18,627 nt of DNA from Candidatus Krumholzibacteriota bacterium. GTDB lineage: Bacteria; Krumholzibacteriota; Krumholzibacteriia; LZORAL124-64-63. A program made the translations under genes and the position numbers. The notes under the pieces were generated by a model, which had not been told where the DNA came from, searched no databases, and saw only the letters and a list, made by a program, of their open reading frames with translations. The stretch is from contig JBDLKA010000071.1 in assembly GCA_039714075.1 (NCBI GenBank), positions 1-18,627 on the forward strand, in the 5' to 3' direction. Shown piece after piece: positions 1-8,547 of the stretch (position 1 is its first letter; the number at the start of each line of letters is the position of its first letter).

Positions 1-3000
1 GTCAGCTTGCCCACCCGTTTCTGATCCCCGGCCCCGAACATGTAGAAATACACTCCCGAAGCTGTGACCTGCCCGCCGGCGTCGCGCCCGTCCCAAACCT
101 GTTTGTGGCTGCCGTTCACGTAAGGACTCTCGTCCAGCAACCTGCGCACCAACCGCCCCTGCAGATCGTAGATGTCGAGCGATACATCCATGGCCCGGGG
201 CAGCTCGAACGCGATCGTGGTCGAGGGATTGAACGGGTTGGGATGGGCGTAGACCGCCACCTGCCGGATACCAGGGATGCCCGGTGCATCGCTGACGCCA
301 TCGGCGCCCAGCCAGACCAGCAGGAAATTCAGTAAATCGGCCCGGGGTGAGAACACGCTGGCGCTCTTGGCGGATCCAGGGGCCAGGCCGCTCACCCGCT
401 CAAGGTCAAACGGCAGCACGGTGGTGCGGTTGCCCAGGATCTGGTCGTCTACGGTCAGCACGGCAGCGTAGGTTCCGCCGGGCGTTCCTTCCGGATCCAG
501 GGTGGCGCTGGTCTGGCCGGTAAGGCCCGGGCTGATGGCGTCGAACCTCCTGACCTCGGGACAACCGGAGTCCACCAGCCATTGGACGCCCTCCGGCAGT
601 ATGCCGTTACCGGGCACGGGCGAAATCTGAAGATCCCAAACGCCTCCGTTGAATTCGGAGATATCATCGTGTTGGAGCCCGACACCCAACCGGTCCATCA
701 GAAGGTATCCATCATTTCCACCTTTTGGGCCAACTAGGCCGGTGCACAGGCCGTCGCCGGCAAACAGAGCCTGTTTCCCGCCCGTGTCGAGCCAGTCGGA
801 AACGAGCTTGGCGTCATTGGATTCGGGCTCTCCCGAAAGAGTGACATGGCTCCGGGTCCCCGTGGTCAGGAGCATGGTCTGGTAATCGGCCAGGTGGGCG
901 ACCTTGGCGATGGCGCCGAGACCTATGCCATAGCCATGTAGTTGGTAGCGTACCGCCATGGCATCGTAATCCACACCCCGCTCGAAACCCAGTTCATGCA
1001 AGGCGTCATACCATACGGCCGCCGCTTCGGGATCACCCGTACTGTCGTAAAAAAGAAGGGAGGGTTGGGTGAACTGCCCGGGCACCGGTTGCGTGAGCGT
1101 GGGCAAAGCGCGAGCCTCGACCCTGCGGGGATAGGAAGAGCCGGGGGTGAAGTCCAGCACGGCCGTGGTGTCCGGCGGCCAGACCGAAGTGCGCAGGTCG
1201 CCGGCGAGGTCGCCGGTGGCGGTGATGTAGTAGCGCAACCGGTCGCCGGGGAAAAACCAGCCGGTATCCGGCAGGTCGAAGGACCACTGGTTTTCCAGCG
1301 GGGTGCCGGATCCATTATCAATCATGCCGCCGCTGATCATGCCGCGCAGAATTCCCTGGCCGTTCGGCGCGCCGGGTCGCACCGAGTCAAAGGTGGGATT
1401 GCACTCCATCACCCAGTGCAGGGACGGCGGATCGGGCACGGTGGCGCCTTGGCGCAAGGGGGTCACCTGGGCGGTCAGGGAATCGCCGATGGTTGGAACG
1501 CCCAGGACGCTTTTTATGCCCGCCATGTCCACCCGGCACCAATTCTCGACGAGGTTTGTCGGGTCAAAAGTTTCCTGTTCGGGAAAGGCATCCCCGAAAA
1601 GGTTGTTTTCCTTGACCAGGATCTCCGGCCCGTCGGGCGCCCAGACCCTCATGGTCACATTATCGAAATAGGGCGCGGGCGTGCCGTTGAGGCCGGTCCA
1701 GTTCCACATCCAACCCATTTCGTTGACGCCCAGGGCAATCTGGACCCACTGACGATCGGCCACCAGCAGGTCGCTCACGGGTTCGATGTGCCGCTTGTAA
1801 TCAGGGTCGCCGTAGAACACGAAATTGCGGCTTGTCCAAGAGGCGAGTTCGAGATCGGCGGGGTCGGGGCTGGCTGTCGACCGCACATGCCACAAATAGA
1901 ACACGCCGGGCGAATCCGCGAACAGTTGCTCGTGCACGTAGACATCAAAAGACAGCTCGGCTCCGTCGGTGCCGGGCAGCCAGGGCAAAGGCGGCGAAAC
2001 TACCTGGTTTTCAATGAACCAACCACTTGGGTCGTTTTCCAACAGTCCACCGGTATTGTTGACGATCCAGCCACCGGGATCGTAGCACCAGGTGATGCAT
2101 GGAGTGCCGCCGGTTCCGGGCACCACCACGCCGTCGTCGACGAAGTTCACCTGATAGGTGTTGTTGTCCTGGCAGGGGTCGATGTCGCCCAGATCGTTGC
2201 GCAGGTTGGTGAAATCCCCGACGGCCAAGGGTTCGGCGTGGGTCCAGTTGACGGGGCTGCCGGGCTCGAAATCGTCGAAGGTGATCAGGGAATCGTCGAA
2301 GAATACCGCGATGTCGTCGATGCGGGCCGCGCCGTGACCGGGTCCGGGCGTCTTGCAGTCCACGTCGTCATAGGCGCCGTCGGACCAGACGCGCCACCAC
2401 AAGCGCACCTCGTCGCCGTCTGGGCCGGAGTACTCAGCCGGGGAAAGCACGGTGGTGAAATCCAGAGTGTCCACGGCGCCGCCGGTACCTGTCCAGGTGG
2501 CCAGCATGTCCGGGTATTCTCCCCTTTGGACGAAAAATTCAAGAAAATCCCAATCCGCGTCGGTGAGATCGTAATTCATGAACCCGGTCAGCCGGACTGT
2601 GACCGGTTGGGAGGTATCGGCCACCGCGTGCCGCCATTCGAGGTCGTCGAACCAATTGTGACCGTAGCCCCCGATGGTGTCGGGCGGATCACAGGCGGGA
2701 ATGGTCTCATCGACGCAGTTCATGGCGAAGTTGCCGGGACCGTGTCCGCCCAGGTTTTCGGCCCAGTAGGTGGAAATGTGCCAGTGGTTGCCCGAGGGGG
2801 TGTTCAGGTCCTCGTGGGTCCAGCCCTGCCAGTCGGGCAGGCCGCCGGCGGTTTCGAAGCTGCCGTCCAAACTGCCGGGGCCGCCCATGATGTAGAGGGT
2901 GTCGACCAGGGCTTTGGTCGACGGGGCCGGGAATCGAACCCACGGCGTGGGGCCGTCATGGGGCTGGGGTCCGCCAACAATGGGATCGGGCCGGGCATGG

Positions 3001-3056
3001 GCGGACTGGGCGAGAAAAGCTGATAATACGAGGGAAATAACGGCTACGTATCGCAT
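1..3056 (-). CDS. Large secreted protein (>1018 aa, 3' end beyond window) with Sec signal peptide and C-terminal FlgD-Ig / T9SS type A-like sorting domain
   Basis: Translated by hand from ATG at 3056 (GAGG just upstream): MRYVAVISLVLSAFLAQSAHA-RPDP..., open without a stop to the window edge. It ends ...AHPNPFNPSTTIAFELPRAMDVSLDIYDLQGRLVRRL...VWDGRDAGGQVTASGVYFYMF...KRVGKL, the typical FlgD-Ig C-terminal motif. Not in the ORF track because the stop lies outside the window. Confidence 0.92.
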   Translation of the reverse strand, partial: MRYVAVISLVLSAFLAQSAHARPDPIVGGPQPHDGPTPWVRFPAPSTKALVDTLYIMGGPGSLDGSFETAGGLPDWQGWTHEDLNTPSGNHWHISTYWAENLGGHGPGNFAMNCVDETIPACDPPDTIGGYGHNWFDDLEWRHAVADTSQPVTVRLTGFMNYDLTDADWDFLEFFVQRGEYPDMLATWTGTGGAVDTLDFTTVLSPAEYSGPDGDEVRLWWRVWSDGAYDDVDCKTPGPGHGAARIDDIAVFFDDSLITFDDFEPGSPVNWTHAEPLAVGDFTNLRNDLGDIDPCQDNNTYQVNFVDDGVVVPGTGGTPCITWCYDPGGWIVNNTGGLLENDPSGWFIENQVVSPPLPWLPGTDGAELSFDVYVHEQLFADSPGVFYLWHVRSTASPDPADLELASWTSRNFVFYGDPDYKRHIEPVSDLLVADRQWVQIALGVNEMGWMWNWTGLNGTPAPYFDNVTMRVWAPDGPEILVKENNLFGDAFPEQETFDPTNLVENWCRVDMAGIKSVLGVPTIGDSLTAQVTPLRQGATVPDPPSLHWVMECNPTFDSVRPGAPNGQGILRGMISGGMIDNGSGTPLENQWSFDLPDTGWFFPGDRLRYYITATGDLAGDLRTSVWPPDTTAVLDFTPGSSYPRRVEARALPTLTQPVPGQFTQPSLLFYDSTGDPEAAAVWYDALHELGFERGVDYDAMAVRYQLHGYGIGLGAIAKVAHLADYQTMLLTTGTRSHVTLSGEPESNDAKLVSDWLDTGGKQALFAGDGLCTGLVGPKGGNDGYLLMDRLGVGLQHDDISEFNGGVWDLQISPVPGNGILPEGVQWLVDSGCPEVRRFDAISPGLTGQTSATLDPEGTPGGTYAAVLTVDDQILGNRTTVLPFDLERVSGLAPGSAKSASVFSPRADLLNFLLVWLGADGVSDAPGIPGIRQVAVYAHPNPFNPSTTIAFELPRAMDVSLDIYDLQGRLVRRLLDESPYVNGSHKQVWDGRDAGGQVTASGVYFYMFGAGDQKRVGKL

Positions 3057-3209
3057 GGCGACCTCTTTTTTTGAGCGAAACAGAGGGATTGCGAAACAAA
3101 TTAGTAGTCAATCGTAGTTGGATATCAGTGTACGAAATTGGGGTGGAAAAATCCACCAAATAGGTATGGTATTAATTAAACAGCACAGTTGTAATCCAGA
3201 ATATTTATT

Positions 3210-4538
3210 TCAATCTCCGGTTTTTTCCAAAAGCAAAAGCGTCTCGATATGGCTGGTCTGAGGGAACATATCCAATACCTGCAACCGCTTGGCCTGATAG
3301 CCCTCGGCCGTGAAAGCGGCCGCGTCGCGGGCCAGGGTGGCCGGATCGCAGCTCATGTACAGCAGGTGGCGCGGCTTGATGTCGAGCAGGGTTTTGACCC
3401 CGTCTTTGCCCAGACCGGTGCGCGGGGGATCCACCAGGCAGAAACTCGCGTCCCACAGCGCGGGGGGCGCCAGATCGGGCTGGGCCAGGATCTTGGCCAA
3501 ACGACCGGAATACACCCTTGCCTTGTCCTTGGCCGCTTCACTGCGTTTGACGTTGTTTTCGGCGTCGCGGCAGCCACTCTGATCGCTGTCGATGGCCACC
3601 ACCTTCTCGAACAGGTCCGCCAGCGCCAGGGTGAACAGACCCACGCCGCAGAACAGATCCCCCAGCATGACTCCCAGCTTGCCGTCGTCCTTCAATTCGG
3701 TGATCCAGGTCCGGATCACGGACAGCGCCTCTTCGGTCATGGCGTGGTTGCCCTGGAAAAAGCTCTGGGCGCCCACGCGGTACTTGTGCCCGGCGATCTC
3801 GTGGATCAGATAGTCGCGGCCCCACAGGGGCAGATTGTTGAACAGCAGGCCTTTGCAGCCAGGCGCCGGGGGCTCGCCCTCGGGCAGCGCGGCCAGGACC
3901 TTGCGCATGACCTTCAGGCGCTGGGACGGTCCGAAGACGGAAACCAGCCAACCGCCGTGGCCGTCCATCCGGACGACGATCTGTTCGGCCGGCGGCAGCA
4001 TGCGCAGCCAAGGCAGGATGTCGCGGTTGAACTGTTCGGGCATCACCGCGCAGTTTTCGAAGGGCACCACCTCGTGGGTGCCGCGGCGCATCAGGCCGTA
4101 ATGATTGACGGGATTGGAAAAAACGCGGATCCGGTTACGGTAGCCCAGTTCCACTCCGGCCTCCGGGCCGGTCAGCAGTTCGGAGACATCCATCTTGCCC
4201 AGGCGTCCGAAGCAGTCGGTGACGATGGCGGCCTTGGCGCGGCGCTGGTGTTCCGGATCAAGATGCATCAGATCGCATCCCCCGCATTGCCCGTAATAGG
4301 GGCAGGGCGGGTCCTGGCGGCCGGTTCCCGGATCCAGGATTTCTGCCACGGTCGCGCGGGCGAATCCCCGGCGGCGTTCTTTCACCGCGACCCGCACCCG
4401 GTCTCCGGGGGCGGTCAGGGGTACGAAAATCGCTTCGCCCTCGTGACGGGCCAGTCCATCGCCGCCGGTGACCAGCTTTTCGATGGTGACTTCGAGGACT
4501 TCGGATTCCGCTGATTTGTCTGGATGCTTGTCATTCAT
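3210..4538 (-). CDS. rlmD: 23S rRNA (uracil-C5)-methyltransferase, RlmD/RumA family (TRAM + Fe-S + SAM domain)
   Basis: TRAM domain (IEKLVTGGDGLAR...FVPLTAPGD), CPYYGQCGGC plus a later Cys (Fe-S ligands), YRNR, SFFQGN, DLFCGVG, DPPRTG, YMSCDPATLARD, DMFPQTSHIE. Confidence 0.93.
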   Translation of the reverse strand: MNDKHPDKSAESEVLEVTIEKLVTGGDGLARHEGEAIFVPLTAPGDRVRVAVKERRRGFARATVAEILDPGTGRQDPPCPYYGQCGGCDLMHLDPEHQRRAKAAIVTDCFGRLGKMDVSELLTGPEAGVELGYRNRIRVFSNPVNHYGLMRRGTHEVVPFENCAVMPEQFNRDILPWLRMLPPAEQIVVRMDGHGGWLVSVFGPSQRLKVMRKVLAALPEGEPPAPGCKGLLFNNLPLWGRDYLIHEIAGHKYRVGAQSFFQGNHAMTEEALSVIRTWITELKDDGKLGVMLGDLFCGVGLFTLALADLFEKVVAIDSDQSGCRDAENNVKRSEAAKDKARVYSGRLAKILAQPDLAPPALWDASFCLVDPPRTGLGKDGVKTLLDIKPRHLLYMSCDPATLARDAAAFTAEGYQAKRLQVLDMFPQTSHIETLLLLEKTGD

Positions 4539-4646
4539 GGTCCGCTTAAACTAGCATGGGGGTGGTCCCGGGGCCAGAAATCTGAATGGCCGGGTCCGAT
4601 TGGAAGAGTTTGCCCGATGGCCGGCAGCCCCAAAGGAACGGATTCC

Positions 4647-5321
4647 GTGGCGGGTATCAAATTGAAAAGCATCCCGGTGTTGGGTATCTTCGCCTCTGTT
4701 TTGGCGGGAGTGCTCCTGACCGGGTGTACCCCCAAGCGGGTCTTGCGGAGGGACCCCGCCCCTGTGCCCGTGCCGGAGGCGGAACCGGCCTCGGCTCCGG
4801 TCCAGGAGGAATACGCGTCCGAAAGACCGCCGGGTGAACCGGATTTGAGTCTGCCGGAGCCGGAATTCCGGGGTGCCACGGGAACATCGTCATTGGAAAC
4901 GTCCTCCGCCAACCCGCCGGGCACGCCCGCCGCGCAGCCCCCGTCGGGATCATCCCTGGGCCTGGCGGCCGCGGCTCTGGCCGAAAAGCAATTGGGCAAA
5001 CCGTACCAGTGGGGTGCTTCGGGACCCGAAAAGTTCGATTGCAGCGGCCTGGTCATGTACGTCTTTGACAATCTGGGGGTCAAACTGCCCCGGGTCTCGG
5101 GCCAGCAGGCCTACGCGGGGGTCCACGTGGACCGCGAGGATCTGCAGCGTGGCGACCTGGTGTTTTTCAAGTTGACCGGCTCCCGGATCGACCACGTGGG
5201 CATCTATGTGGGCCACAGCAAATTCATTCACGCTCCGCGCAAGCACGTTCCTGTGAGCACGGAAAGTCTGAACAATTCCTATTGGCGGCGGCGATTCAAG
5301 GGGGGCCGGCGCCTGAAATGA
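4647..5321 (+). CDS. NlpC/P60 (C40) cell-wall peptidase lipoprotein with Pro/Glu-rich linker
   Basis: Probable GTG start at 4647 after AAAGGA (ATG 4617 is an alternative). Lipobox LLTG-C. C-terminal GKPYQWGASGPEKFDCSGL...LPRVS...GDLVFF...HVGIYVG...FIHAP with Cys-His-His triad. Confidence 0.92.
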   Translation: MAGIKLKSIPVLGIFASVLAGVLLTGCTPKRVLRRDPAPVPVPEAEPASAPVQEEYASERPPGEPDLSLPEPEFRGATGTSSLETSSANPPGTPAAQPPSGSSLGLAAAALAEKQLGKPYQWGASGPEKFDCSGLVMYVFDNLGVKLPRVSGQQAYAGVHVDREDLQRGDLVFFKLTGSRIDHVGIYVGHSKFIHAPRKHVPVSTESLNNSYWRRRFKGGRRLK

Positions 5322-6820
5322 AGGATTCGTTTTTGACCGTCCGCAATTCCCAAAAAAGAGATAGCCGGTCGGCCGGACCAGGCCCCCTTGCCGTGGCCCT
5401 GGTACTGGGGATGGTGCTGTTCGCCATGTGCGGCGGCCCGGCGCGGGCCCAGAACCCGCCCGGAAACGGCTTCGGGACCACAGCCCAGGCAGCGGAAGAT
5501 TCCCTGGACGCCGGCACGGAAAGTTACTGGGGCCCGGTGCCCGCCCATCACGACAGCGTTTCGGCCCTGCTGGTGAAGCGCTCGCGGGGTGCCTGGGAAA
5601 CCGCGGTGATGGTGCCCTACTGGGTCGTCGGCGTTCCCTTCCGCGTCGTGTACCTGGGGATCGACCAGACCGTCATCGGCATGGACAAACTGGGGCTGTT
5701 CGGCGCGGCCGCGGAACATCCGGGCATCAAGGGTCCGTTCGACACCTACCTGATGCCCGTGGTTTCCATCGGCGACGTGGAGGGCTTCACCCTGGGCCTG
5801 GATGTCACCCGCTTCGATTTTCTGGGTCCGGGCAACATGCTGTTCATCCAGGGGTCCCGGTCCACCCGCAAGGCCGACGAACTGTCCGGCGGCACCCTGT
5901 TCCACCTGGGAAAAAGCTGGACCGTGCAGGCCGGCGGCGGGGTCGAGGAAAAGAACCTGATCCGGTATTACGGGTTGGGGCCCGACTCGATCTACGGCGA
6001 CCTGTCCTACTATCATCGCACCACCACCTGGGGCGGACTCGAGGTGGAAAAGAATGTCGGCAGGAAAATCGGGCTGGAACTGCGCTCCTATTTTTCCCAG
6101 GTCGAGGCCGTCGAGCCGGTCTACGAAATCCATCGGTCCCTGGCCAAGATCCACTCCGGAAACATCCCCTTCGGATACCCCGGCCAATCCAACGGCTGGA
6201 CCATGCGCCTGGCCCTGTACCGCGACAACGCCGACCAGCGCGGCCGGCCCCGCAGCGGCGGGTTCCAGTCGCTGGGCGTTTCGCTTTTCGAGGCCAGCGA
6301 CGGCAGCCGGCTGCGGTACCTCACCTATCACGCCAACCTGGAAAAATACTTATCCCTCTGGCACACCGACCGGACCCTGGCCCTTCGGGCTTTCGTCAAT
6401 CGCATCTCCAATTCCGGCCCGGTGGAGATTCCGTTCAACCGTTTGGTGACCTTTCAGCGCCCCGACGAACTGCGCGGTTTCAATTCACTGCGCTTCTACG
6501 GGATGGGCTCGGTGGGCATGTCGGCGGAGTACCGCTGGCCCGCCTGGGTGGCCCGCGGCCGTAACGACATGGGGGTGGACGCCTATGTCTTTTCGGATAT
6601 CGGCCAGGTGTATGACCGGACGGCGGAAATCAGCATGGATCATATGAAGTTCACCGGCGGGGCGGGCCTGCGCCTGGTGAATTCGGACCGGGGTTTCGCC
6701 GCCCGGTTCGAAGTGGGGTTCAGCAGCGAACAGACGGTCGTCAGGCTGAAGTTCAGCCAGACGTTCCAGTACGACCCGAAAGGCATTCTCTATGGCAAGA
6801 ACCCGACCAAGGTTTACTGA
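5318..6820 (+). CDS. Omp85 (BamA/TamA superfamily) outer-membrane beta-barrel protein without apparent POTRA domains
   Basis: ATG at 5318 overlaps the upstream TGA (ATGA). Signal peptide ending PARA-Q. Alternating beta-strand pattern. Omp85 hallmarks: LRGF (L6 VRGY-like, DELRGFNSLRFYG), SAEYRWP, FSDIGQVY, GGAGLRL. Confidence 0.85.
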   Translation: MKDSFLTVRNSQKRDSRSAGPGPLAVALVLGMVLFAMCGGPARAQNPPGNGFGTTAQAAEDSLDAGTESYWGPVPAHHDSVSALLVKRSRGAWETAVMVPYWVVGVPFRVVYLGIDQTVIGMDKLGLFGAAAEHPGIKGPFDTYLMPVVSIGDVEGFTLGLDVTRFDFLGPGNMLFIQGSRSTRKADELSGGTLFHLGKSWTVQAGGGVEEKNLIRYYGLGPDSIYGDLSYYHRTTTWGGLEVEKNVGRKIGLELRSYFSQVEAVEPVYEIHRSLAKIHSGNIPFGYPGQSNGWTMRLALYRDNADQRGRPRSGGFQSLGVSLFEASDGSRLRYLTYHANLEKYLSLWHTDRTLALRAFVNRISNSGPVEIPFNRLVTFQRPDELRGFNSLRFYGMGSVGMSAEYRWPAWVARGRNDMGVDAYVFSDIGQVYDRTAEISMDHMKFTGGAGLRLVNSDRGFAARFEVGFSSEQTVVRLKFSQTFQYDPKGILYGKNPTKVY

Positions 6821-8534
6821 AAAACTATCTTGGTTGGCCCTGCTGGGCCTGGTGTTCGCCTTGCCGGCGGTCCCGGGGCCGGCCTTTGCCCGGGAACCCC
6901 TGCGTGACGAACCGGTGGTCTGGTACGCGGAAGACCGGGAACCGATTCCCGTCCCGGAATTCCAGGAGCCGGGCCTGGTGCCCTACGCGGTCGACTCGTT
7001 CGTGGGCCGGCCGTTTTCCCGTTTCTGGCACCCGGGCCGTTTTTTCCGCTGGGTGGGCACCGGCGATCGGGCACCCGAAGCGGGGGACATCAATTCCCTG
7101 GACGAAGTGGTCAACTCGACCTGGTTCACCAACCGGATCGGTCTGGCGCCGCTGACCCGGGCCGAGCTTGCCGAAGGTTCCGCCCACGGGCGCGATCTGG
7201 CCGCCGGCCCCGACCGCAGTGCTCCGTGGACCATCGTCGGCGCCAAGACCGCCGGGGTGACGCCCGGTTTCCGGATCAAGGACGCCAAAGGCGATGTCTG
7301 GCTGCTGAAGTTCGATCCCCCGTCCCATCCGGGCATGACCATCCGGTCGGGCGTGGTGACCAGCCTGCTGTTTCACGCCATCGGTTTCCATGTGCCGGTG
7401 GACCGGTTGGTGACATTCTCCCGCGCGGACCTGGTGGTGGGCGAGGGCGCCATGATGCGCCTGCAGCGCGTGGGCGAGGTGCCCATGACCGAGGCGAATC
7501 TTGATTCGGTCCTCACGGCCACCGGCTCCATCTTCGGCGGCGAGTACCATGCCCTGGCCAGCCGGTATCTGGACGGGAAACCCCTCGGACCGTTCGACGA
7601 CCAGGGAATGCGCCGGGACGATCCCAACGATACGATCCATCACCAGGACCGCCGCGAACTGAGGGCCCTGCAGGTGTTCGGGGCCTGGGTCAACCACTTC
7701 GACACCAAGATGCACAACTCGCTGGACATGTACGAGGGCGAACCCGGGCAAGGTCACGTCCGGCATTACCTGATCGATTTCGCTTCCACGCTGGGCGCCT
7801 TCGGCGATACGCCGGTCAAGCGGTTCGGTTTTGAATACGGGTTTGATGTTTTTCCCATCACGGGCCGCACCCTGACCCTTGGCCTGGTGGAGGATGACTG
7901 GGTTCCCCTGGAACGGCCCGAGGGTCTGGACGAAGTGGGTCTGTTCGACGTGGCCAACTTCGAAGCCGACGGATGGAAACCCGATCTGCCCCACAGCGCC
8001 ATGGCCGACATGACCGCCCGGGATGGTTACTGGGCGGCGAAAATCCTGTCGGCCTTCACCGACGAAGACCTGCGCCTCATCGTCGGGCAGGGTCACTATC
8101 AGAATCCGGCCGCCGTGGATTTCCTGGTTGAGACCCTGGCCGGCCGCAGGGACAAGATCGTGCGGCACTGGTTCGGGAAAATTCCTCCCCTCGATTTTTT
8201 CACCCTGACGGCTGCGGGCCTGGCCTTCCACGATCTGGCCGTCGAAAGAGGATATGCCGACACGGACAGTCCCCGGTATCGGTACCGGATGTCCACCGTG
8301 AACAGCGACCGTGGACAGGACGACGAAGGCTGGACTCCCTGGCGGGAGACAACCGCTACTTTGGTGCCCCTGTTCGATGAAGCCGGGCGTTTGGCGGCCG
8401 ACGTTCCGCCGGGCGGAGCCGAGTACCCGTTCCTGGCCGTCGAGGTGCAGGTCGACCACGGCGCCGGGTGGAGCCGCTCGACCACCGTTTACGGAGCCTA
8501 TGCCTCGGGCCGCCTGGTGGCCCTGGATCGATGA
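6792..8534 (+). CDS. Exported protein with atypical protein-kinase-like fold (HipA/PI3K/CotH-like motif spacing), 580 aa
   Basis: Signal peptide (LSWLALLGLVFALPAVPGPAFA-R). Gly-rich GAKTAGVTPG, beta3-like WLLK173FD, catalytic-loop-like NHFD304TKMHN309 (DxKxxN), Mg-binding-like YLID329F. Overlaps the Omp85 gene by 29 nt. The CDS is secure; the kinase call is motif-based. Confidence 0.75.
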   Translation: MARTRPRFTEKLSWLALLGLVFALPAVPGPAFAREPLRDEPVVWYAEDREPIPVPEFQEPGLVPYAVDSFVGRPFSRFWHPGRFFRWVGTGDRAPEAGDINSLDEVVNSTWFTNRIGLAPLTRAELAEGSAHGRDLAAGPDRSAPWTIVGAKTAGVTPGFRIKDAKGDVWLLKFDPPSHPGMTIRSGVVTSLLFHAIGFHVPVDRLVTFSRADLVVGEGAMMRLQRVGEVPMTEANLDSVLTATGSIFGGEYHALASRYLDGKPLGPFDDQGMRRDDPNDTIHHQDRRELRALQVFGAWVNHFDTKMHNSLDMYEGEPGQGHVRHYLIDFASTLGAFGDTPVKRFGFEYGFDVFPITGRTLTLGLVEDDWVPLERPEGLDEVGLFDVANFEADGWKPDLPHSAMADMTARDGYWAAKILSAFTDEDLRLIVGQGHYQNPAAVDFLVETLAGRRDKIVRHWFGKIPPLDFFTLTAAGLAFHDLAVERGYADTDSPRYRYRMSTVNSDRGQDDEGWTPWRETTATLVPLFDEAGRLAADVPPGGAEYPFLAVEVQVDHGAGWSRSTTVYGAYASGRLVALDR

Positions 8535-8547
8535 ATAAAGGAAGCCG

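Noticed and set aside
942..3023. 693-aa + strand ORF
   Set aside because: Antisense shadow of the minus-strand secreted protein. No motifs, and composition typical of a reverse-frame read in high-GC DNA.
3057..3209. AT-rich gap with a GCGAAACA direct repeat (3075, 3091) and a small GGTGGA/TCCACC hairpin
   Set aside because: Consistent with an ordinary promoter region. The motifs are too short to support a specific call.
3249..4514. 421-aa + strand ORF, and similar long shadows at 5279-6331, 5428-6564, 6825-8459, 14544-15440 and 16476-17813
   Set aside because: Each overlaps a well-supported gene in another frame or strand and has no recognisable domain.
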